NCBI GenBank assembly: GCA_964016885.1
Contig: OZ024755.1
Location: 44,640,001 to 44,704,000, forward strand
DNA length: 64,000 bases
Origin: Eledone cirrhosa
Taxonomy: Eukaryota
Reading direction: 5' to 3'
The notes under the pieces were generated by a model, which was not told the DNA's origin, did not search any database, and saw only the letters and a list, made by a program, of their open reading frames with translations. How positions within the stretch are numbered: the first letter of the stretch is position 1; every line of letters starts with the position of its first letter. The translations under genes and the position numbers were made by a program. Positions 1 to 13,400 of this stretch are shown here, piece by piece.

Positions 1-2950
1 CAATACCAACATATACTGTGTACCACAGTTGACAATACCAACACATATAGTGTACCACAGTTGACAGTACCAACGTATACTGTGTACCACAGTTGCCAAT
101 GCCAACATATACTGTGTACCACAGTTGAGAGTACCAACATATACTGTGTACCACAGTTGACAGTACCAACATATACTGTGTACCACAGTTGACAGTACCA
201 ACATATACTGTGTACCACAGTTGACAGTACCAATGTATACTGTGTACCACAGTTGACAGTACCAACATATACTGTGTACCACAGTTGACAGTACCAACAT
301 ATACTGTGTACCCTAGTTGACATTACCAACGTATATCGTGTACCACAGTTGACAGTACCAACATGTACTGTGTACCACAGTTGACAGTACCAACGTATAT
401 TGTGTACCACAGTTGACAGTACCAACGTATACTGTGTACCACAGTTGACAATACCAACATATAACGTGTACCACAGTTGGCAGTACCATCATATACTGTG
501 TACCACAGTTGACAGTACCAACATATATTGTGTACCACAGTTGACAGTACCAACATATACTGTGTACCATAGTTGACATTACCAACGTATATTGTGTACC
601 ACAGTTGACAGTACCAACATACACCGTGTACAACAGTTGACAGTACCAACATATACTGTGTACCACAGTTGCGAGTACCAACATAAACTGTGTACCACAG
701 TTGACAGTACCAACATATACTGTGTACCACTGTTGACAGTACCAACATATACCGTGTACCACAGTTGACAGTACCAACATATACTGTGTACCACAGCTGA
801 CACTACCAACATATACTTGTACTTCAGTTGACAGTACTACCATATATTGTGTACCACCGTTGACAATACCAACGTATACTGCGTACCACAGTTGACAGTA
901 CCAACGTATACTGTGCACCACAGTTGACAGTACCAACATATACTGTGTACCACAGTTGACAATACCAACATATACTGTGTACCACAGTTGACAATACCAA
1001 CATATACTGTGTACCACAGTTGACAATACCAACACATATAGTGTACCACAGTTGACAGTACCAACGTATACTGTGTACCACAGTTGCCAATGCCAACATA
1101 TACTGTGTACCACAGTTGAGAGTACCAACATATACTGTGTACCACAGTTGACAGTACCAACATATACTGTGTACCACAGTTGACAGTACCAACATATACT
1201 GTGTACCACAGTTGACAGTACCAATGTATACTGTGTACCACAGTTGACAGTACCAACATATACTGTGTACCACAGTTGACAGTACCAACATATATTGTGT
1301 ACCATAGTTGACAGTACCAACATATACTGTGTACCATAGTTGACATTACCAACGTATATTGTGTACCACAGTTGACAGTACCAACATACACCGTGTACAA
1401 CAGTTGACAGTACCAACATATACTGTGTACCACAGTTGCGAGTACCAACATAAACTGTGTACCACAGTTGACAGTACCAACATATACTGTGTACCACAGT
1501 TGACAGTACCAACATATACTGTATACCACAGTTGACAGTACCAACATATACTGTGTACCACAGTTGACAGTACCAACATATACTGTGTACCACAGTTGAC
1601 AGTACCAACATATACTGTGTACCACAGTTGACAGTACTAACGTATACTGTGTACTACAGTTGACAGTACCAACATATACTGTGTACCACAGTTGACAGTA
1701 CCAACATGTACTGTGTACCACAGTTGACAGTACCAACATATACTGTGTACCACAGTTGGCAGTACCAACATATACAGTGTACCACAGTTGACAGTACCAA
1801 CATATACTGTGTACCACATTTGACAGTACCAACATATACTGTGTACCACAGTTGACAGTACCAACATGTACCGTGAACCACAGTTGACAGTACCAACATA
1901 TACTGTGTACCACAGTTGAGAGTACCAACGTATAGTATGTACCACAGTTGACAGTACCAACATATACTGTGTACCACAGCTGACAGTACCAACATATACT
2001 GTGTACCACAGTTCACAGTACCAAAGTATACTGTGTATTGTACCACATTTGACAGTACCAACTTATACTGTGTACCACTGTTGACAGTACCAACATATAC
2101 TGTGTACCACAGTTGACAGTGCCAACATGTACCGTGTAACACAGTTGACAGTAGCAACGTATACTGTGTACCACAGTTGACAATACCAACATATACTGTG
2201 TACCACAGTTGACAGTACCAACATATACTGTGTACCTCAGTTAACAGTACCCACATATACTGTGTACCACAGTTGACAGTACCAACATATACTGTGTACC
2301 ACAGTTGACAGTATAAACATATACTGTGTACCACAGTTGACAGTACCATCATATACTGTGTACCACAGTTAACAGTACCAACATATACTGTGTACCACAG
2401 TTGACAGTACCAACGTATACTGTCTACCACAGTTGACAGTACCAACATATACTGTGTACCACAGTTGACAGTACCAACATATACAGTGTACCACAGTTGA
2501 CAGTACCAACATATACTGTGTACCACAGTTGACAGTACCAACATATACTGTGTACCACAGCTGACACTACCAACATATACTTGTACCTCAGTTGACAGTA
2601 CTAACATATACTATGTACCACAGTTGACAGTACCAACATATACTGTGTACCACAGTTGACAGTACCAACATATACTGTGTACCACAGTTGACAGTACCAA
2701 CATATACTCGGTGCCACTTTTCACAGTACCAACATATACTGTGTACCACAGTTGACAATACCAACGTATACTGTGTACCAGATTTGACAGTACCAACGTA
2801 TATTGTGTACCACAGTTGACAATGCCATCATATAGTGTGTACCACATTTGACAGTACCAACATATACTGTGTACCACAGTTGACAGTACCAACGTATACT
2901 GTGTACCACAGTTGACAGTACCAACGTATACTGTGTACCACAGTTGACAG
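1..2950. repeat. Rearranged paralog of the block at about 20,950-23,200, with internal 767-bp and 991-bp offset duplications
   Basis: Shared rare markers: CCCTAGTTGACATT at 311 and 21411; ACTTCAG at 821 and 20994; ACTCGGTGCCACTTTTCA at 2706 and 23002. Internal duplicates: ACACCGTGTACAACAG at 621 and 1388; ACACATATAG at 41 and 1032. Confidence 0.8.
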
Positions 2951-4489
2951 TACCAATATATACTGTGTAACACAGTTGACAATACCAACATATAATGTGT
3001 ACCACAGTTGATAGTACCAACGTATACTGTGAACCACTGTTGGCAATACCAACATATACTGTGTACTACAGTTGACAGAACCAACATATACAGTGTACCA
3101 CAGTTGACAGTACCAACATATACTGTGTACCACAGTTGACAGTACCAACATATACTGTGTACCACAGTTGACAGAACCAACATGTACCGTGAACCACAGT
3201 TGACAGTACCAACGTATACTGTGTACCACAGTTGAGAGTACCAACGTATAGTGTAACCACAGTTGACAGTACCAACATATACTGTGTACCACAGTTGACA
3301 GTACCAACATATACTGTGTACCACAGTTCACAGTACCAACGTATACTGTGTACCACATTTGACAGTACCAACATATACTGTGTACCACAGTTGACAGTAC
3401 CAACATATACTGTGTACCACTTTTGACAGTACCAACATATACCGTGTATCACATTTGACAGTACCAACATATACTGTGTACCACTGTTGACAGTACCAAC
3501 ATATACTGTGTACCACAGTTGACAGTACCAACATGTACCGTGTACCACAGTTGACAGTACCAACGTATACTGTGTACCACAGTTGACAATACCAACATAT
3601 ACTGTGTACCACAGTTGACAGTACCAACATATACTGTGTACCACAGTTGAAAGTACCAACGTATACTGTGTACCACAGTTGACAACACCAACATATACTG
3701 TGTACCACAGTTGACAGTACCAACATATACTGTATACCACAGTTGACAGTACCAACATATACTGTGTACCACAGTTGACAGTACCAACATATACTGTGTA
3801 CCACAGTTGACAGTACCAACATATACTGTATACCACAGTTGACAGTACCAACATATACTGTGTACCACTGTTGACAGTACCAACATATACAGTGTACCAC
3901 AGTTGACATTACCAACATATACTGTGTACCACAGCTGACACTACCAACATATACTTGTACCTCAGTTGACAGTACTACCATATATTGTGTACCACCGTTG
4001 ACAATACCAACGTATACTGTGTACCACAATTGACAGTACCAACGTATACTGTGCACCACAGTTGACAGTACCAACATATACTGTGTACCACAGTTGACAA
4101 TACCAACACATATAGTGTACCACAGGTGACAGTACCAACGTATACTGTGTACCACAGTTGCCAATGCCAACATATACTGTGTACCACAGTTGAGAGTACC
4201 AACATGTACCGTGTACCACAGTTGACAGTACCAACGTATACTGTGTACCACAGTTGACAGTACCAACGTATACTGTTTACCACAGTTGACAATACCAACA
4301 TATACTGTGTACCAGAGTTGACAGTACCCACATATACTGTGTACCACAGTTGACAGTTCCAACATATATGGTGTACCACTGTTGATACTACCGACATATA
4401 CTGTGTAGCACAGTTGACAGTACTAACATATACTGTGTACCACAGTTGAGAGTACCACCATATACTGGGTACCACTTTTGACAGTACCA

Positions 4490-7400
4490 ACATATACTGT
4501 GTACCACAGTTGACAGTACCAACATATACTGTGTACCATAGTTGACAGTACCAACATAAACCTGTGTACCTCAGTTGTCAGTACCAACATATACTGTATA
4601 CCACAGTTGACAGTACCAACATATACTGTGTACCACTGTTGACAGTACCAACATATACCGTGTACCACAGTTGACAGTACCAACATATACTGTGTACCAC
4701 AGTTGACACTACCAACATATACTTGTACCTCAATTGACAGTACTACCATATATTGTGTACCACCGTTGACAATACCAACGTATACTGTGTACCACAGTTG
4801 ACAGTACCAACGTATACTGTGCACCACAGTTGACAGTACCAACATATACTGTGTACCTCAGTTGACAATACCAACATATATTGTGTACCACAGTTGACAA
4901 TACCAACACATATAGTGTACCACAGTTGACAGTACCAACGTATACTGTGTACCACAGTTGAGAGTACCAACATGTACCGTGTACCACAGTTGACACTACC
5001 AACGTATACTGTGTACCACAGTTGACAATACCAACATATACTGTGTACCACAGTTGACAGTACCAACATATACTGTGTACCACAGTTGAAAGTACCAACG
5101 TATACTGTGTACCACAGTTGACAACACCAACATATACTGTGTACCACAGTTGACAGTACCAACATATACTGTATACCACAGTTGACAGTACCAACATATA
5201 CTGTGTACCACAGTTGACAGTACCAACATATACTGTGTACCACAGTTGACAGTACCAACATATACTGTATACCACAGTTGACAGTACCAACATATACTGT
5301 GTACCACTGTTGACAGTACCAACATATACCGTGTACCACAGTTGACAGTACCAACATATACTGTGTACCACAGCTGACACTACCAACATATACTTGTACC
5401 TCAGTTGACAGTACTACCATATATTGTGTACCACCGTTGACAATACCAACGTATACTGTGTACCACAGTTGACAGTACCAACGTATACTGTGCACCACAG
5501 TTGACAGTACCAAAATATACTGTGTACCACAGTTGACAATACCAACATATACTGTGTACCACAGTTGACAGTACCAACACATATAGTGTACCACAGTTGA
5601 CAGTACCAACGTATACTGTGTACCACAGTTGCCAATGCCAACATATACTGTGTACCACAGTTGAGAGTACCAACATATACTGTGTACCACAGTTGACAGT
5701 ACCAACATATACTGTGTACCACAGTTGACAGTACCAACATATACTGTGTACCACAGTTGACAGTACCAATGTATAATGTGTACCACAGTTGACAGTACCA
5801 ACATATACTGTGTACCACAGTTGACAGTACCAACATATACTGTGTACCATAGTTGACATTACCAACGTATATTGTGTTCCACAGTTGACAGTACCAACAT
5901 GTACTGTGTACCACAGTTGACAGTACCAACGTATACTGTGTACCACAGTTGACAGTACCAACGTATACTGTGTACCACAGTTGACAGTACCAACATATAA
6001 CGTGTACCACAGTTGGCTGTACCATCATATACTGTGTACCACAGTTGACAGTACCAACATATATTGTGTACCACAGTTGACAGTACCAACATATACTGTG
6101 TACCACAGTTGACAATACCAACATATACTGTGTACCACAGTTGACAATACCAACACATATAGTGTACCACAGTTGACAGTACCAACGTATATTGTGTACC
6201 ACAGTTGCCAATGCCAACATATACTGTGTACCACAGTTGAGAGTACCAACATGTACCGTGTACCACAGTTGACAGTACCAACGTATACTGTGTACCACAG
6301 TTGACAATACCAACATATACTGTGTACCACAGTTGACAGTACCAACATATACTGTATACCACAGTTGACAGTACCAACATATACTGTGTACCACAGTTGA
6401 CAGTACCAACATATACTGTGTACCACAGTTGACAGTACAAACATATACTGTATACCACAGTCGACAGTACCAACATATACTGTGTACCAGTGTTGACAGT
6501 ACCAACATATACTGTGTACCACAGTTGACAGTACCAACATATACTGTGTACCACAGCTGACACTACCAAAATATACTTGTACCTCAGTTGACAGTACTAA
6601 CATATATTGTGTACCACTGTTGACAGTACCAACGTATACTGTGTACCACAGTTGCCAATGCCAACATATACTGTGTACCACAGTTGACAGTACCAACATA
6701 TACTGTGAACCACAGTTGACAGTATCAACATATACTGTGTACCACAGTTGACAGTACCAATGTATACTGTGTACTACTGTTGACAGTACCAAAATATACT
6801 GTGTACCACAGTTGAAAGTACCAACGTATACTGTGTACCACAGTTGACAGTACCAACATATACTGTGTACCACAGTTAACAGTACCAACATATACTGTGT
6901 ACCACAGTTGACAGTACTAACATATAATGTGTACCACAGTTGGCAGTACCAACATATACTGTGTACCTCAGATGACAGTACCAACATATACTGTGTACCA
7001 CAATTGACAATACCAACATATACTATGTACCACAGTTGACAGTACCAACATATACTGTGTACCACAGTTGACAGTACCAACATATACTGTGTACCACAGT
7101 TGACAGTACCAACATATACTGTGTACCTCAGTTAACAGTACCCACATATACTGTGTACCACAGTTGACAGTACCAAAATATACTGTGTACCACAGCTGAC
7201 ATTACCAACATATACTTGTAACTCTGTTGACAGTACTAACATATACTGTGTACCACAGTTGACTGTACCAACGTATACTGTGTACCACAGTTGAAAGTAC
7301 CAACGTATACTCTGTACCACAGTTGACAGTACCAACATATACTGTGTACCACAGCTGACACTACCAACATATACTTGTACCTCAGTTGACAGTACTAACA

Positions 7401-10400
7401 TATACTGTGTACCACAGTTGACAGTACCAACGTATACTGTGTACCACAGTTGAAAGTACCTATATATACTGTTTACCACAGTTGACAGTACCAACATATA
7501 CAGTGTACCACATTTGACAGTTCCATCATATACTGTGTACCACAGTTTACAGTACCAACATATACTGTGTACCACAGTTGACAGTACCAACGTATACTGT
7601 GTACCACAGTTGACAGTACCAACATATACTGTGTACCACAGTTCACAGTACCAACATATACAGTGTACCACAATTGACAGTACCAACATATACTGTGTAC
7701 CACAGTTGACAGTACCAACATGTACAGTGTACCACATTTGACAGTACCAACGTATACAGTGTACGACAGTTGACAATACCAACATATACTGTGTACCACG
7801 GTTGACAGTACCAACATATACTGTATACCACAGTTGACAGTACCAACATATACAGTGTACCAGAGTTGACAGTACCAACATATACTGTGTACCATAGTTG
7901 ACAGTACCAACATAAACCTGTGTACCTCAGTTGTCAGTACCAACATATACTGTATACCACAGTTGACAGTACCAACATATACTGTGTACCACTGTTGACA
8001 GTACCAACATATACCGTGTACCACAGTTGACAGTACCAACATATACTGTGTACCGCAGCTGACACTACCAACATATACTTGTACCTCAATTGACAGTACT
8101 ACCATATATTGTGTACCACCGTTGACAATACCAACGTATACTGTGTACCACAGTTGACAGTACCAACGTATACTGTGCACCACAGTTGACAGTACCAACA
8201 TATACTGTGTACCACAGTTGACAATACCAACATATATTGTGTACCACAGTTGACAATACCAACACATATAGTGTACCACAGTTGACAGTACCAACGTATA
8301 CTGTGTACCACAGTTGAGAGTACCAACATGTACCGTGTACCACAGTTGACACTACCAACGTATACTGTGTACCACAGTTGACAATACCAACATATACTGT
8401 GTACCACAGTTGACAGTACCAACATATACTGTGTACCACAGTTGAAAGTACCAACGTATACTGTGTACCACAGTTGACAACACCAACATATACTGTGTAC
8501 CACAGTTGACAGTACCAACATATACTGTATACCACAGTTGACAGTACCAACATATACTGTGTACCACAGTTGACAGTACCAACATATACTGTGTACCACA
8601 GTTGACAGTACCAACATATACTGTATACCACAGTTGACAGTACCAACATATACTGTGTACCACTGTTGACAGTACCAACATATACCGTGTACCACAGTTG
8701 ACAGTACCAACATATACTGTGTACCACAGCTGACACTACCAACATATACTTGTACCTCAGTTGACAGTACTACCATATATTGTGTACCACCGTTGACAAT
8801 ACCAACGTATACTGTGTACCACAGTTGACAGTACCAACGTATACTGTGCACCACAGTTGACAGTACCAAAATATACTGTGTACCACAGTTGACAATACCA
8901 ACATATACTGTGTACCACAGTTGACAGTACCAACACATATAGTGTACCACAGTTGACAGTACCAACGTATACTGTGTACCACAGTTGCCAATGCCAACAT
9001 ATACTGTGTACTACAGTTGAGAGTACCAACATATACTGTGTACCACAGTTGACAGTACCAACATATACTGTGTACCACAGTTGACAGTACCAACATATAC
9101 TGTGTACCACAGTTGACAGTACCAATGTATAATGTGTACCACAGTTGACAGTACCAACATATATTGTGTACCACAGTTGACAGTACCAACATATAATGTG
9201 TACCATAGTTGACATTACCAACGTATATTGTGTTCCACAGTTGACAGTACCAACATGTACTGTGTACCACAGTTGACAGTACCAACGTATACTGTGTACC
9301 ACAGTTGACAGTACCAACGTATACTGTGTACCACAGTTGACAGTACCAACATATAACGTGTACCACAGTTGGCTGTACCATCATATACTGTGTACCACAG
9401 TTGACAGTACCAACATATATTGTGTACCACAGTTGACAGTACCAACATATACTGTGTACCACAGTTGACAATACCAACATATACTGTGTACCACAGTTGA
9501 CAATACCAACACATATAGTGTACCACAGTTGACAGTACCAACGTATATCGTGTACCACAGTTGCCAATGCCAACATATACTGTGTACCACAGTTGAGAGT
9601 ACCAACATGTACCGTGTACCACAGTTGACAGTACCAACGTATACTGTGTACCACAGTTGACAATACCAACATATACTGTGTACCACAGTTGACAGTACCA
9701 ACATATACTGTATACCACAGTTGACAGTACCAACATATACTGTGTACCACAGTTGACAGTACCAACATATATTGTGTACCACAGTTGACAGTACAAACAT
9801 ATACTGTATACCACAGTCGACAGTACCAACATATACTGTGTACCAGTGTTGACAGTACCAACATATACTGTGTACCACAGTTGACAGTACCAACATATAC
9901 TGTGTACCACAGCTGACACTACCAAAATATACTTGTACCTCAGTTGACAGTACTAACATATATTGTGTACCACTGTTGACAGTACCAACGTATACTGTGT
10001 ACCACAGTTGCCAATGCCAACATATACTGTGTACCACAGTTGACAGTACCAACATATACTGTGAACCACAGTTGACAGTATCAACATATACTGTGTACCA
10101 CAGTTGACAGTACCAATGTATACTGTGTACTACTGTTGACAGTACCAAAATATACTGTGTACCACAGTTGAAAGTACCAACGTATACTGTGTACCACAGT
10201 TGACAGTACCAACATATACTGTGTACCACAGTTAACAGTACCAACATATACTGTGTACCACAGTTGACAGTACTAACATATAATGTGTACCACAGTTGGC
10301 AGTACCAACATATACTGTGTACCTCAGATGACAGTACCAACATATACTGTGTACCACAATTGACAATACCAACATATACTATGTACCACAGTTGACAGTA

Positions 10401-13400
10401 CCAACATATACTGTGTACCACAGTTGACAGTACCAACATATACTGTGTACCACAGTTGACAGTACCAACATATACTGTGTACCTCAGTTAACAGTACCCA
10501 CATATACTGTGTACCACAGTTGACAGTTCCAACGTATACTGTGTACCAGAATTGACAGTACCAACATATACTGTGTACCACAGTTGACAGTACCAAAATA
10601 TACTGTGTACCACAGCTGACATTACCAACATATACTTGTAACTCTGTTGACAGTACTAACATATACTGTGTACCACAGTTGACTGTACCAACGTATACTG
10701 TGTACCACAGTTGAAAGTACCAACGTATACTCTGTACCACAGTTGACAGTACCAACATATACTGTGTACCACAGCTGACACTACCAACATATACTTGTAC
10801 CTCAGTTGACAGTACTAACATATACTGTGTACCACAGTTGACAGTACCAACGTATACTGTGTACCACAGTTGAAAGTACCTATATATACTGTTTACCACA
10901 GTTGACAGTACCAACATATACAGTGTACCACATTTGACAGTTCCATCATATACTGTGTACCACAGTTTACAGTACCAACATATACTGTGTACCACAGTTG
11001 ACAGTACCAACGTATACTGTGTACCACAGTTGACAGTACCAACATATACTGTGTACCACAGTTCACAGTACCAACATATACAGTGTACCACAATTGACAG
11101 TACCAACATATACTGTGTACCACAGTTGACAGTACCAACATGTACCGTGTACCACATTTGACAGTACCAACGTATACAGTGTACGACAGTTGACAATACC
11201 AACATATACTGTGTACCACGGTTGACAGTACCAACATATACTGTATACCACAGTTGACAGTACCAACATATACAGTGTACCAGAGTTGACAGTACCAACA
11301 TATACTGTGTACCACAGTTGACAGTACCAACATATACTGTATACCACAGTTGACAGTACCAACATATACTGTGTACCACTGTTGACAGTACCAACATATA
11401 CCGTGTACCACAGTTGACAGTACCAACATATACTGTGTACCACAGCTGACACTACCAACATATACTTGTACCTCATTTTACAGTACTACAATATATTGTG
11501 TACCACCGTTGACAATACCAACGTATACTGTGTACCACAGTTGCCAATGCCAACATATACTGTGTACCACAGTTGACAGTACCAACATATACTGTGAACC
11601 ACAGTTGACAGTATCAACATATACTGTGTACCACAGTTGACAGTACCAATGTATACTGTGTACTACTGTTGACAGTACCAAAATATACTGTGTACCACAG
11701 TTGAAAGTACCAACGTATACTGTGTACCACAGTTGACAGTACCAACATATACTGTGTACCACAGTTAACAGTACCAACATATACTGTGTACCACAGTTGA
11801 CAGTACTAACATATAATGTGTACCACAGTTGGCAGTACCAACATATACTGTGTACCTCAGATGACAGTACCAACATATACTGTGTACCACAATTGACAAT
11901 ACCAACATATACTATGTACCACAGTTGACAGTACCAACATATACTGTGTACCACAGTTGACAGTACCAACATATACTGTGTACCACAGTTGACAGTACCA
12001 ACATATACTGTGTACCTCAGTTAACAGTACCCACATATACTGTGTACCACAGTTGACAGTACCATCATATACTGTGAACCACAGTTGACAGTTCCAACGT
12101 ATACTGTGTACCAGAATTGACAGTACCAACATATACTGTGTACCACAGTTGACAGTACCAAAATATACTGTGTACCACAGCTGACATTACCAACATATAC
12201 TTGTAACTCTGTTGACAGTACTAACATATACTGTGTACCACAGTTGACTGTACCAACGTATACTGTGTACCACAGTTGACAGTACCAACATATACTGTTT
12301 ACCTCAGTTAACAGTACCCACATATACTGTGTACCACAGTTGACAGTTCCAACGTATACTGTGTACCAGAATTGACAGTACCAACATATACTGTGTACCA
12401 CAGTTGACAGTACCAAAATATACTGTGTACCACAGCTGACATTACCAACATATACTTGTAACTCTGTTGACAGTACTAACATATACTGTGTACCACAGTT
12501 GACTGTACCAACGTATACTGTGTACCACAGTTGAAAGTACCAACGTATACTCTGTACCACAGTTGACAGTACCAACATATACTGTGTACCACAGCTGACA
12601 CTACCAACATATACTTGTACCTCAGTTGACAGTACTAACATATACTGTGTACCACAGTTGACAGTACCAACGTATACTGTGTACCACAGTTGAAAGTACC
12701 TATATATACTGTTTACCACAGTTGACAGTACCAACATATACAGTGTACCACATTTGACAGTTCCATCATATACTGTGTACCACAGTTTACAGTACCAACA
12801 TATACTGTGTACCACAGTTGACAGTACCAACGTATACTGTGTACCACAGTTGACAGTACCAACATATACTGTGTACCACAGTTCACAGTACCAACATATA
12901 CAGTGTACCACAATTGACAGTACCAACATATACTGTGTACCACAGTTGACAGTACCAACATGTACCGTGTACCACATTTGACAGTACCAACGTATACAGT
13001 GTACGACAGTTGACAATACCAACATATACTGTGTACCACGGTTGACAGTACCAACATATACTGTATACCACAGTTGACAGTACCAACATATACAGTGTAC
13101 CAGAGTTGACAGTACCAACATATACTGTGTACCACAGTTGACAGTACCAACATATACTGTATACCACAGTTGACAGTACCAACATATACTGTGTACCACT
13201 GTTGACAGTACCAACATATACCGTGTACCACAGTTGACAGTACCAACATATACTGTGTACCACAGCTGACACTACCAACATATACTTGTACCTCATTTTA
13301 CAGTACTACAATATATTGTGTACCACCGTTGACAATACCAACGTATACTGTGTACCACAGTTGCCAATGCCAACATATACTGTGTACCACAGTTGACAGT

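Noticed and set aside
189-209. Sigma70-like TTGACA and TATACT/TATAAT hexamers in each monomer
   Set aside because: The spacing is 9 bp (or 41 bp to the next copy), not 16-18 bp. There is no downstream gene and the context is not prokaryote-like.
2706-2721. Reverse complement AAAAGTGGCACCGAGT matches, from memory, 16 nt of the S. pyogenes tracrRNA/sgRNA scaffold 3' region (also at 23002, ~32565 and ~40819)
   Set aside because: It sits in exact register within a satellite monomer, and intermediate variants linking it to the consensus exist in the array. No other scaffold sequence flanks it, so it is best explained as coincidence.
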